Below the pieces are notes generated by a model. It was not told the origin of the DNA. It made no database searches and saw nothing but the letters and a program-made list of their open reading frames with translations. The position numbers and the translations under genes were made by a program. From contig CAVVZZ010000006.1 in the NCBI GenBank assembly GCA_963752915.1, forward strand, positions 11,166-75,165: a stretch of DNA of 64,000 bases, read 5' to 3'. Below are positions 29,426 through 38,682 of the stretch, one piece after another. This stretch comes from Ignavibacteriota bacterium (GTDB taxonomy: Bacteria; Bacteroidota; Ignavibacteria; UBA10030; UBA6906). The number at the start of each line of letters is the position of its first letter. Position 1 is the first letter of the stretch.

Positions 29426-30859
29426 TCAGATATTTGCGATCAGTTCGATTCTCATCCAGTTTGCGACGCTTCCATCCTTGAAATAGAAGCTGCCGGGCTG
29501 CAACCGATCCCAGACGAATTGTCCGGAGAAGGTTTCGTTGAGCGTATAGTAGATACGCGACGAGAAGATGTTTCCGCGGTCTTTGCCTGTTCCTCCGGGG
29601 AACTTCGTCCCGGCGAGGGGGGCCTCAGGAGCCGTGAGATGGTAGAATCCGAACGTGCCATTGACGTCTTTCGAGAAGGCGAACGTCACGCTCGGGCCCA
29701 GGGACATGTAGTTTGTCCAGTATCCAACGCCGCTTTCTTTTGTATACGAGTAATAGTAAAGGTCGGTCCACTTCGGGGTCCGGCCCCACATCGGCTCCCA
29801 CCCTTCCCTGGCCGTCGTGCTGGGATTATCACCACTGAGATAGACCGCCTTCAGGCTCACCATCGACGGGATGACGCCGGTTGCCCCGGTCCGGTAATCG
29901 AGATAGGAATAGCCCCCGACCCCAGTCCACTTCTGACTGCCATAGACGCCGAACTCATAGGCGGCTTCGCCCGTGAAGGACAATCCGCCGATCAGGGGAA
30001 GCTTCACGCGCCCGCCGGTCGCATTGATGTGCGAACGAACCAGACGGTCCATGCTCGTATAGTTCTCTTTGTGGAGAACGTACGCCTGGATATTCGTTTT
30101 ACCAAATTCGCCCGTGTAGTATGCTCCGGCACCCGATTCGCCCCCTTCGACGAGCAGTTGCATCTGATCGTGAACAAGCGGGAGAGCGCGGTCCATGCGC
30201 GGGACATATATGGAGAATAGGCTCACGACATGTTGCGGAGCAACGGCGACGTCAAAGCGGACTGCGTCGAAATAGTTGGTCCTGGAACCATCAAGCGGAG
30301 TTCCGTCTGCTACGAGAAAGCCTTCCCCCAGCACGATGTTCTGTCTGCCGAATGTCACTGTCGCCGGGAAGAGCGCCTGCATGTTCCATTTCGCGTAGAG
30401 TTGATCGAAGAACACTTCATTCGAAGTGAACCCTTTGTTTGTCGGGGCGAAATAGTAGCGGAACTCGTTCCCCAGCTTGACCGTGGTCTCAAGCTCCTGT
30501 ACGGGAAAATACTGAACGGTAAGGAGGCTGCGATACCGCGAGTAGGAACTCCCTCCGTTTGCCGAGGAAGCCAACGTGGTGGCGTTGTCCGTCGATTCAA
30601 TCCTGAACCGCTCCTGGAACGAAATCCGGAGTTGTTCCCGATCCGGGAGGGAAACCTGGGGTTGACCGACCTGTCCTTGTTGAGCCTCATCGCGTTTCAC
30701 TCCGTCCGGAGCAACCGGTGAAGTGCGTGCGGCGGAATCTCCCATTGCTGTTGTCTTCGAGGCGAGAACGACCTTCTCAGCGTTCTGGTTCGATTCCTGC
30801 GCCTGCGCCAACTGGAGCCCGATTGCGCACGCGACGATGAGTACCATGACATGCTTCAT
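29426..30859 (-). CDS. Alginate-export-like outer-membrane beta-barrel
   Basis: Signal peptide, ERFRIE, GRQNIVLGEGFLV, YLSGD, alternating beta strands. Confidence 0.78.
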   Translation of the reverse strand: MKHVMVLIVACAIGLQLAQAQESNQNAEKVVLASKTTAMGDSAARTSPVAPDGVKRDEAQQGQVGQPQVSLPDREQLRISFQERFRIESTDNATTLASSANGGSSYSRYRSLLTVQYFPVQELETTVKLGNEFRYYFAPTNKGFTSNEVFFDQLYAKWNMQALFPATVTFGRQNIVLGEGFLVADGTPLDGSRTNYFDAVRFDVAVAPQHVVSLFSIYVPRMDRALPLVHDQMQLLVEGGESGAGAYYTGEFGKTNIQAYVLHKENYTSMDRLVRSHINATGGRVKLPLIGGLSFTGEAAYEFGVYGSQKWTGVGGYSYLDYRTGATGVIPSMVSLKAVYLSGDNPSTTAREGWEPMWGRTPKWTDLYYYSYTKESGVGYWTNYMSLGPSVTFAFSKDVNGTFGFYHLTAPEAPLAGTKFPGGTGKDRGNIFSSRIYYTLNETFSGQFVWDRLQPGSFYFKDGSVANWMRIELIANI

Positions 30860-30891
30860 ACAACTGTCCTCGTTAGGATGGTGAACAATGG

Positions 30892-31341
30892 TCATTTGTA
30901 TGCGCCGCATCCGATAATACAATCATCGACCTTTTCGATATACGCCGTCTTCTCTTCGATCCGCTTTGTTACGGGATTCGACCACTTGTAGTTCTGCCAG
31001 CCGCTCCCTTTCGCCTGCGCCAGCTCTATGCGTTCCTTCACGAACGCCTTGCCGTCTGCATCCTTCAGGTCGATCAATTCCTTGCCGACCATCTTCGGGT
31101 TTCCGCCGTGCGCCAGGCATTGGCCGTTCATGTCATAGACGAAAATGTAGAGATCACCGTCAATGAACTTCCCCTTCGTGTTGCTGAATTCTGCGAAGGC
31201 CTTCTCCTTGCCGTTCGCCTTGAAATACGAAACCGCCTTCTTCACCATCGCCTCTGCATCCGCCTTCCCGTGCTTGTCCTGCGCGGTGAACGTTCCGGCC
31301 ACAAGCGCCAGCAAGAACACAACTGCGAGCAACCGTTTCAT
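30892..31341 (-). CDS. Stand-alone periplasmic single-Cache domain protein
   Basis: Signal peptide, DLYIFVYD, LAHG, DLKDADGK, GWQNYKW.NP, IGCGAY. Confidence 0.9.
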   Translation of the reverse strand: MKRLLAVVFLLALVAGTFTAQDKHGKADAEAMVKKAVSYFKANGKEKAFAEFSNTKGKFIDGDLYIFVYDMNGQCLAHGGNPKMVGKELIDLKDADGKAFVKERIELAQAKGSGWQNYKWSNPVTKRIEEKTAYIEKVDDCIIGCGAYK

Positions 31342-31905
31342 ATGAATCTCCGTGTGGTGTGTGATGAATCCCGAACAGTAATTCAGAGGTCGGAACGCTC
31401 GTGCTGATTGCACTGACCCTGCATGGAGCAATTACGTGTCAAGCCGGAAGTCCAAATGGAGTGCCAGAGTGTGCTGGAATCCCCTACATCGTGACGGACC
31501 TGGCGGCAGGAAAATCCCGAAGGCCGAATGAGAATGTTATCGGGCGATTCTGGCGGGACGAATTAATTCGAGAAAGGAAAATTCGGAGTGAGTTGCGGGT
31601 GGGTGATTTCAAAGAAGGGTGATTTTGTAATCCTGACCCCGATTTATAAGTCAATTCTTCACTGAGAGAGCCCGGACTCGTAAAAATTAACAGAAGAAAT
31701 GAGAATTAGAGGACCGCAGAAGTCGATAGTTGACCACGTGCTTGGAAAGGACGACCATTTTCTTCAGGCGAAACAAGAATTGAATGGCCGAAGAGAAGCA
31801 GGGGGGAACACATCCGAGGATTGAACCGAGGATATTCAGAAGAGCCGAAGCATGAGAAATGTCCGGGCACTTCGGTCAGGGCCAGCCGCTCCCGTTGTCA
31901 GGGTT

Positions 31906-33849
31906 TTATTCTGCGCCATGCGACGTTCCTCTTCCCAGGAGTTCCTCCACTTTCTGCAGCACCCTTTCCGGATTGAACGGCTTCGGAATGATCTCGGCGA
32001 CCCCGAGCGTGAACAATTCATGGGCCTGATCAGGGTCAATGTATCCGCTCGTGAAAACAACCCGGACATTTCTGTTGATCTGTCGCAATTTCATGAAGAG
32101 CGCCATGCCGTCGATGCCGGGCAAGCCGAAGTCCGAGACGACCACCGCGATCTCAGAGGAGTGTGCCTGGAACACACGGATCGCCTCGACGCCGTTTTCG
32201 GCGGCAAGAACCGTGTAGCCCGCTTCTCCAAAAACCTCCTGCAGCAACTCCCGCATCGGATCTTCGTCTTCGATGAGAAGGATCGTCGGATATCCCGAAG
32301 CAATGGGTCTGCGTTCGTCCCCGGACTCTCCCCCGACATTCTCTGTTGCCGGCAACGGCAAGTACAACAGAAACGTCGTCCCGATGCCGATCTTGCTCTG
32401 CACGTCGATGAACCCTCCGTGTGCTTTCACGATGCCGTAGACCACGGAGAGACCAAGCCCCGTTCCCTTGTCCCTCCCCTTCGTTGTGAAGAACGGTTCA
32501 AAGATCCGTGACCGGGTAACCTCGTCGATGCCCGAACCGGTGTCCGACACTCGGACGCAGAGATAGTATTTCTGACTGTTCGAGGGATTTCCTCCTGCGA
32601 TCATGTCCGCCGACACCCGTTGGGTGCTGATGATAATCCGTCCGCCCGTGGGCATCGCGTCCCGCGCATTGACACAGAGGTTCAGGAGAGCCTGATGGAG
32701 CTGGGTGCGATCGCCGAGGATCAATGCCGCCGGTTTCTCCAGCTCCAGGTCGAACGTAATGGTCTTCGCGATGGTCCCCTTGAACATCGCCATCAATTCC
32801 TCGACGACCTCATCGATGATCAACGGCTCGAAGGACGCCTCGGTGTTCCGTGCATACGTCATGATCTGCCGGACGAGTGCCGCACCGCGGTCGACTGCCG
32901 TCAGGATCGCTTCACTGTTCTGCATCACTTCCGGCTGATCGCCGATCTTCTTTTTCACAAGGCTGAAGTGTCCCATGATGATGCCGAGGATATTGTTGAA
33001 GTCGTGCGCGATTCCAGCAGCGAGCGTTCCGAGACTTTCCATTTTCTGGGACTGCCGGAGTTCCTCCTCCAGTTTCTCGCGCTCCGTCACGTCGCGCGAA
33101 ACGACGACGATCTTCTCCGGGTTTCCCATGGCGTCACGAACGAGACTCCCCTGTGACTCAATCAACCGAATCTCGCCCCCCTTCCCGATGAAGCGGAATT
33201 TCGCCCGCTCCCCCACACCCGTTTCCACCGTCCGTCGAAAAACCTCGCGGATCCGTTCCCGGTCATCCGGATGGATCTCGCGGAACGAGTCGGTGCCCTG
33301 GAGCTCCGCGGGGTCGCCCAGAATGGATCTGTAGGACGGGCTATTGTAGACCCTCCTGCCGCTCAGGTCCAGGACTGCGATGAGATCCGTCGCGTTTTCC
33401 GCAATCAGTCGGAACATCTGTTCGCTTTTGCGAAGTTGTTCCTCCGCCGTCCTGCGGGTTTTCCGTTCCTCCATCTCCGACAACGTACGACGGACGGCCG
33501 GCACAAAGCGCTCGATGCGGTGCTTCAAGACGTAGTCCGTCGCGCCATTCCGCAGGCTTGTAATGGCGGCATCTTCCCCCATCGTCCCGGAAACGAAAAT
33601 GAACGGCGTCTCGGGCGCCAGGTCCCTGGCCATCGCCAGCGCGGACTTGCCGTCAAACGACGGGAGGGTGAAATCGGAAATGATCAGATCGAACCGATCC
33701 CGCGTCAGAGCGGTCTGAAAGGCTTCGCGCGTTTCAACACGCAAAACATCCGCGGTGATCCCTTCGCCTTCGAGGAGCGATCGTACGAGTTCCCCGTCCC
33801 TCAGGTCGTCTTCGAGATGGAGGATTCGCAAGGCCGTACTGTCCTTCAC
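31906..33849 (-). CDS. Hybrid histidine kinase (REC-PAS-HisKA-HATPase-REC)
   Basis: LHLEDD, GIAHDFNN, NARDAM, FEPFFTTK, GTGLGL, second receiver. Confidence 0.95.
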   Translation of the reverse strand: MKDSTALRILHLEDDLRDGELVRSLLEGEGITADVLRVETREAFQTALTRDRFDLIISDFTLPSFDGKSALAMARDLAPETPFIFVSGTMGEDAAITSLRNGATDYVLKHRIERFVPAVRRTLSEMEERKTRRTAEEQLRKSEQMFRLIAENATDLIAVLDLSGRRVYNSPSYRSILGDPAELQGTDSFREIHPDDRERIREVFRRTVETGVGERAKFRFIGKGGEIRLIESQGSLVRDAMGNPEKIVVVSRDVTEREKLEEELRQSQKMESLGTLAAGIAHDFNNILGIIMGHFSLVKKKIGDQPEVMQNSEAILTAVDRGAALVRQIMTYARNTEASFEPLIIDEVVEELMAMFKGTIAKTITFDLELEKPAALILGDRTQLHQALLNLCVNARDAMPTGGRIIISTQRVSADMIAGGNPSNSQKYYLCVRVSDTGSGIDEVTRSRIFEPFFTTKGRDKGTGLGLSVVYGIVKAHGGFIDVQSKIGIGTTFLLYLPLPATENVGGESGDERRPIASGYPTILLIEDEDPMRELLQEVFGEAGYTVLAAENGVEAIRVFQAHSSEIAVVVSDFGLPGIDGMALFMKLRQINRNVRVVFTSGYIDPDQAHELFTLGVAEIIPKPFNPERVLQKVEELLGRGTSHGAE

Positions 33850-33907
33850 ACTTCCCTCCTGTGCAATGCCCCCTGGGCTGATAGTGAATGTCGTGCTGCG
33901 GAACGAT

Positions 33908-34100
33908 CTACCCCGGGAACGTCACCATTAGGACGTATTCCCTCGCTTCGTTCACCAGGATGATAATCGCGGCATCTTCTCCCATCGTCCCGGAGAAAAA
34001 CAGGAACGGTACGCCCGGGACCCGGACCCGGGCGATGGCAGGAGCGGCAAGTCCGTCGAAGCTCGGGAGAGAGAGCGGAGAGAATCGGATCGAATGACTC
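33908..34100 (-). pseudogene. Degenerate receiver-domain fragment paralogous to the 5' end of the adjacent kinase
   Basis: LPSFDGLAAPAIAR...PFLFFSGTMGEDAAI..L..EAREYVL versus LPSFDGKSALAMAR...PFIFVSGTMGEDAAITSLRNGATDYVL. Confidence 0.75.
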
Positions 34101-34184
34101 CGGGTAGAGCGCAGAGCTGGACTCATTGTGAAACGGCCCCCCGCCAGCGTACCTCGGTTATGCTTCGCTCTCACCACGATGGTA

Positions 34185-34640
34185 TCAATGGTCCGTCGTC
34201 GACGTCCTCGGGGGTGGTTCGTTGATGACCGCCCAGAACACGCCAAGCTGTTTCACGGCATGGACAAATTGTTGAAAGTCCACAGGCTTGACGACGTACG
34301 CATTCACCCCAAGTTTGTAGCTCTCGACAAGGTCCCGTTCCTCGCCCGACGATGTCAGCACAACGATCGGGATCAGCCTGAGCTCCGGGTCTCCCTTGAT
34401 CTCTTTGAGGACCTGAAGTCCGTCGACTCTCGGCATTTTCAAATCGAGGAGGATGACGGCAGGATGACCGACGGGGCGATTTCCATAGTTCCCGGTGCGT
34501 CGCAGGTAGTCCAACGCTTCCACGCCGTCATGGACGACGTGGACGTCGTTCGCAAGGTTGTGTTCGGAGAGCGCGGCGAGGGTCAGCTCGACATCCTGAG
34601 GGCTGTCCTCGGCCAAAAGGATCGACCGTAACGTATTCAT
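34185..34640 (-). CDS. Single-domain response regulator (Rcp1-like)
   Basis: LLAEDS, LLDLKMP, LTSS, NAYVVKP, FW..INEPP. Confidence 0.95.
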   Translation of the reverse strand: MNTLRSILLAEDSPQDVELTLAALSEHNLANDVHVVHDGVEALDYLRRTGNYGNRPVGHPAVILLDLKMPRVDGLQVLKEIKGDPELRLIPIVVLTSSGEERDLVESYKLGVNAYVVKPVDFQQFVHAVKQLGVFWAVINEPPPRTSTTDH

Positions 34641-36466
34641 CCATTCCCTTCAACGAGACGAGGGAGACTGAAAAAGAACGTCGCGCCCTTCCCCTCCTCC
34701 CCTTCAGCCCACGTTCTCCCGCCGTGCCGGCTGATGATCCGCCGGACATTCGCCAGCCCGATGCCGCTCCCTTCGAAATCGGATGTGCTGTGAAGCCGCT
34801 GAAAGACTCCGAAGAGCTTGTCGACGTATTTCATGTCGAATCCGACCCCGTTGTCATGGACATAGAATATTGTTTCATCTGCTGACGGAGCAGCCCCGAT
34901 GCGGATTTCGGCTCTCGCACGCGGCCGGGTGTACTTGATGGCGTTGCCGAGAAGGTTCTCAAGGACCAGCTTCAGCATCGACGGGTCACCCGAGACGGAG
35001 GGCAACGGATCAACAATCCACTCGATCTCTCTCCCCTGTCGCTCCCATTGCAGGCCGCGGATGGTGGTTTCCACCAGTTGACCGAGGTCGACCGTGGTCT
35101 TCTGCATCGCCGTCCGCCCCATGCGCGAAAAAACCAGGAGTTCGTCAATGAGTCCCCCCATTTGCTTCGCCGAGTCGGCGATGATCCTCACGTAGCGTTT
35201 CCCCTCATCATCGAGCGTCTTTTCGGCCTGCTTCACAAGAAGGCCGGCGAAGCCGTCGATGTGCCGCAGGGGGGCACGGAGATCATGAGAGACCGAATAC
35301 GAAAACGCCTCCAGCTCCTTGTTGACCGCCTCGAGCTGAGCCGTTCGTTCCTTCACAATCTCTTCAAGGTGTTCGCGGTAGGTCCTGAGCTCTTCGTCCA
35401 TCCGGTGTTCATTTGTCACATCCTCCGAGAGGATGAAGACGCCTTCGGGGACGGGTTCCATGTGAAGATCGAACCACCCCTTGGAGCCGTCAGGAAAGAG
35501 GAACTCGTTCCGCATCCGGGCAGGGACGCGCCCTTCCATGCATTTCTGAAGGGCGGCAAACAAGGGGGTCCGATCAATGCCGGGATACGCTTCCATCATC
35601 GTGTGTCCGAGAAGAGTCTGCGCTTCCCGCCTGCCCTGCCGGGCTCCAGCCGCGTTCATGTAGATATAGGTGAATTCGAAGTCGACGATCTGGCATCCCT
35701 CCAGCAGGTTTTCCATCGTTGTTCGGAACCTCTCGTTGGCCATGCGGAGTGCCTTCTCGGCCCTCTTCTGATTCGTGATGTCCCTCGCGATTTTCGTCGC
35801 GCCGATCACCATCCCGGTCTTGTCGATAATCGGCGATATCGACACGGAGACATCAACACGGGAGCCATCCTTCCTTTTTCGAACGGTTTCATAATGGTCG
35901 ATTTGTTCGCCCCGCCCGAGCATCTTGAGGATCTCCTGCTCCTCCCGCAAGCGCTCCGGTGGAACAAGACGCGCGATGTTCGTCCCGATGATTTCCTGTG
36001 CAGCATACCCGAACATGCGTTCCGCGCCGCCGTTCCAACTTGTGATGATGCCGTCAAGAGTCTTGCCCAGCACGGCGTCGTTTGACGCGTCGATGATCGC
36101 TGCGAGGCGCCGAAGACTTTCGGTGTCTTCACTCTCCACGGTGAGGTCGTGAAGGATGACGATGATGGGCGAAGAGATGTTGCCCGGCATATGGAACAGC
36201 GAGAGCTCCACCGGAATTTCCGGTCCGTCGTGTCGCTGTAACACGACTGTCATGGTGGAACTTTCCAGCGTTCCGTTGAGTGAAGAAAGGAATGCAGAGA
36301 AGCGGTCTCTTAATGAACCGTCAGACGACCCAAAAAAGTTCGAAAGGAGGCTGCCGCGTAATTGAGCACCGGGAAGTCCAAAAATCGTCCAGGCTTCGGC
36401 GTTCAGGTCGACAATTCTTCCGTCGAGCGAAAGGAACATCACGGCATCTCTCATTCTTGAGAACAC
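34637..36466 (-). CDS. Multi-PAS sensor histidine kinase
   Basis: Three PAS-like domains, FSYSVSHDLRAPLR, NAIKY, DNGVGF, FQRLH, GIGL. Confidence 0.95.
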   Translation of the reverse strand: MFSRMRDAVMFLSLDGRIVDLNAEAWTIFGLPGAQLRGSLLSNFFGSSDGSLRDRFSAFLSSLNGTLESSTMTVVLQRHDGPEIPVELSLFHMPGNISSPIIVILHDLTVESEDTESLRRLAAIIDASNDAVLGKTLDGIITSWNGGAERMFGYAAQEIIGTNIARLVPPERLREEQEILKMLGRGEQIDHYETVRKRKDGSRVDVSVSISPIIDKTGMVIGATKIARDITNQKRAEKALRMANERFRTTMENLLEGCQIVDFEFTYIYMNAAGARQGRREAQTLLGHTMMEAYPGIDRTPLFAALQKCMEGRVPARMRNEFLFPDGSKGWFDLHMEPVPEGVFILSEDVTNEHRMDEELRTYREHLEEIVKERTAQLEAVNKELEAFSYSVSHDLRAPLRHIDGFAGLLVKQAEKTLDDEGKRYVRIIADSAKQMGGLIDELLVFSRMGRTAMQKTTVDLGQLVETTIRGLQWERQGREIEWIVDPLPSVSGDPSMLKLVLENLLGNAIKYTRPRARAEIRIGAAPSADETIFYVHDNGVGFDMKYVDKLFGVFQRLHSTSDFEGSGIGLANVRRIISRHGGRTWAEGEEGKGATFFFSLPRLVEGNG

Positions 36467-37197
36467 CCTCCGATCCCCCGACCCGTCACAACGTCAAAAA
36501 TGAGAACTGTGTAAATCCTGATGCCAGGTCCATCATTCAGCATCAGCGGGTAAGAACGACACCCTTCAAACCCGCTTGGAGATCCGCCGCAATTCAAAAT
36601 CTGGTTGTCGGAAAAATCGGGAAATGACGCAAGCAGACAGGAAAGGTACAGCTTCTGGAGAGGAATAAGACCGAGAATCGATCGAAGACGGGAAAAAACT
36701 CTGGCCTGGAGCACTTGTCTCCCCCTCACCCCTTCTTCCGCAACATCTGTGGAGACCGTTTGCCTATTGGTAGTAGTGTTTGAGGTATCTTAGCAAAGTC
36801 GAAGGTTAGTGTCAAGGGGGATGGCAATTGCGCTGCCGCCAGCCCCGAAGACGCCGTGAAATGAGATAGTCGACGTCGAACCGGTCAAGAGCAAATCTCT
36901 CATTCAGAACACTGCGCGGAGCCTCAGGGGATAATTTGCACAGATCTGAATTGGAGGATACGACACGTACTCTATCCAAAGTGCAGAATGTGAGGAAATA
37001 CTCGGCGGCTTATTAAAATGAATTTTCAATCCTCGACGCCAGCCGGAAGTACGGTTTTTGTCCGTGAGGGATTTACGTGTAATCGGTTAAGCGGCGGGAG
37101 TCACGTCTTCGACACCGTCCATCGACTACCGTCCATCGATCTTGAACAGGACCAATAGTCGATAGTCGACGGAAGATAGTCGATTGTCAACTCTTCA

Positions 37198-37524
37198 CTA
37201 GAAGGGGAGATCCTTCTCCGGGCCCGGATAGTACTCCGCCGGAGGAGGCTCTTCACTCGACGACTGGGCATTCGGCAACGCCGAGTACTCCCGCAATGCC
37301 ATTTCGGTGAGGGTCGCTTTCACCTCGCGCGGCATTGTCACTGTGTCGTAGAACTTCTCGCCGGATTTCCTGCTCGGTGGACTGACAAACAGGCCGTTCT
37401 TGCCGTTCATTACTTTGAACCCGTCGATGACAAATCCATCTTCCGTCTCGACTTTGAAAAATGCCTTCGTGTTGCCCGGAAGTTGAGATGGCTTCATGTC
37501 GGTGATGCGCATTGATGGCTCCAT
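37198..37524 (-). CDS. spoVG: SpoVG family nucleic-acid-binding protein
   Basis: MRITD, GFVIDGFKVMNGKNGLFVSPPSRK; true start may be 37512. Confidence 0.8.
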   Translation of the reverse strand: MEPSMRITDMKPSQLPGNTKAFFKVETEDGFVIDGFKVMNGKNGLFVSPPSRKSGEKFYDTVTMPREVKATLTEMALREYSALPNAQSSSEEPPPAEYYPGPEKDLPF

Positions 37525-37559
37525 GTATTCTGACGAGAGTCTATATATCCAATCATTTC

Positions 37560-37684
37560 AGTAAGACGTAGGACGTAGGACGTAAGAAGAAAGATGGTTT
37601 CTAGTCTTTCGTCGAAGAGCGTGCGGTGGAACCACGGTATTTGCCACCGCTACCGTCCTACTTCTTACGTCCTACGTCCTACTC
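37560..37684. repeat. Inverted pair of 7-bp arrays
   Basis: AGTAAGA CGTAGGA CGTAGGA CGTAAGA at 37560 faces TCCTACT TCTTACG TCCTACG TCCTACT at about 37656. Confidence 0.75.
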
Positions 37685-37712
37685 GCTGCAACCTCTTACA
37701 CTCCTCAGAACC

Positions 37713-38441
37713 TCAGGCGAAGGTTCGGCGACTCTCACGTTGAAGTGTTCTTTCCACAAACCGTCTAATCAGCGGATGCGGCCGCTCTGCCGTCGACCTC
37801 GACTGCGGCACGAACAACGTCGCAACAAAGAAATCGTTCGTGGGGATCTCAATAATACGAATTTCGCCATCTTGATCAAGTCCGGAAATTCTCAGGTCCG
37901 GGTGATCAAGTTTGGATCGGAACTCGGGATTGATACCGAAGTTGCAGTAGTAGTCCTCGGTCGTCTCACCGGTCCCGTAGCATTGGCGCGCAATTGTGCC
38001 GTCGAGGACGCGAACCGTCATGGTCTTGCCGACGAGGGAACATGCCAACCGGCTGATAAAGAGCTCCGACGACGAGCTCTCGTATTCTTCGTGCTGTGCC
38101 CCTTCGTGTCCGAGAACATTCCGCGCAAATTCGATGATCGCGTGCTGAAAGCCGGCACACGTTCCCAAGTGAGGAATGTTATTGACTCGGGCGAACCGTA
38201 TCGCGTCGAGCGCTCCATCCAGACTCCTGAACGGGCTCCCGGGCGCGCTCCAGAAACCGGTGTAATTCCGCAGGAGCGATTCCCCTTCCCTTGCGATTCT
38301 GTCAGTGTCGATCCACTCATATGTGAATTCTCCTTTCCCATTTAACCAATCCAACGAAGAGTCAAGGAGTTGATGCGTTGTGTTTTGCGGCTGAAACTCA
38401 CCGACAATGCCGATCGTAATGGTCCGTGATTCCTTCTTCAT
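37713..38441 (-). CDS. CTP-synthase C-terminal-like glutamine amidotransferase
   Basis: APGSPF, LGTCAGFQH, YYCNFG, TLFVPQ, PHPLI. Confidence 0.88.
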   Translation of the reverse strand: MKKESRTITIGIVGEFQPQNTTHQLLDSSLDWLNGKGEFTYEWIDTDRIAREGESLLRNYTGFWSAPGSPFRSLDGALDAIRFARVNNIPHLGTCAGFQHAIIEFARNVLGHEGAQHEEYESSSSELFISRLACSLVGKTMTVRVLDGTIARQCYGTGETTEDYYCNFGINPEFRSKLDHPDLRISGLDQDGEIRIIEIPTNDFFVATLFVPQSRSTAERPHPLIRRFVERTLQRESRRTFA

Positions 38442-38505
38442 CCCTTCAGCTCACTCTTCGAAGGAAAATCGTTTGAATAGAATTCAGATCATCTGCGACG
38501 CATGG

Positions 38506-38530
38506 AGGTCGACCAGGCTGGCGACCTACA
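38506..38530. repeat. REP-like palindrome, degenerate copy of 56971-56999
   Basis: AGGTCGACCAGGCTGGCGACCTACA. Confidence 0.6.
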
Positions 38531-38682
38531 GCTTTTCGGTGACGTCGGGTCCGGCGAGCCGTCACATTCCCCTCACCTTCCCATGATATGCCTTCTGCCT
38601 TCAGCAGGCTAAGGTGCAGCCAACCCGGTTGTCAACTGTCTATTGTCCATTGACTAGTGTCGATTGATCCCCTATTCCGTCT

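Noticed and set aside
31425-31470. Possible sigma54 promoter upstream of the Cache gene
   Set aside because: One candidate has the wrong spacing; the other has GG instead of GC at -12
36470-37110. Long intergenic region as hidden gene or ncRNA
   Set aside because: No credible ORF or RNA motif recognised by eye; an Rfam search would be needed
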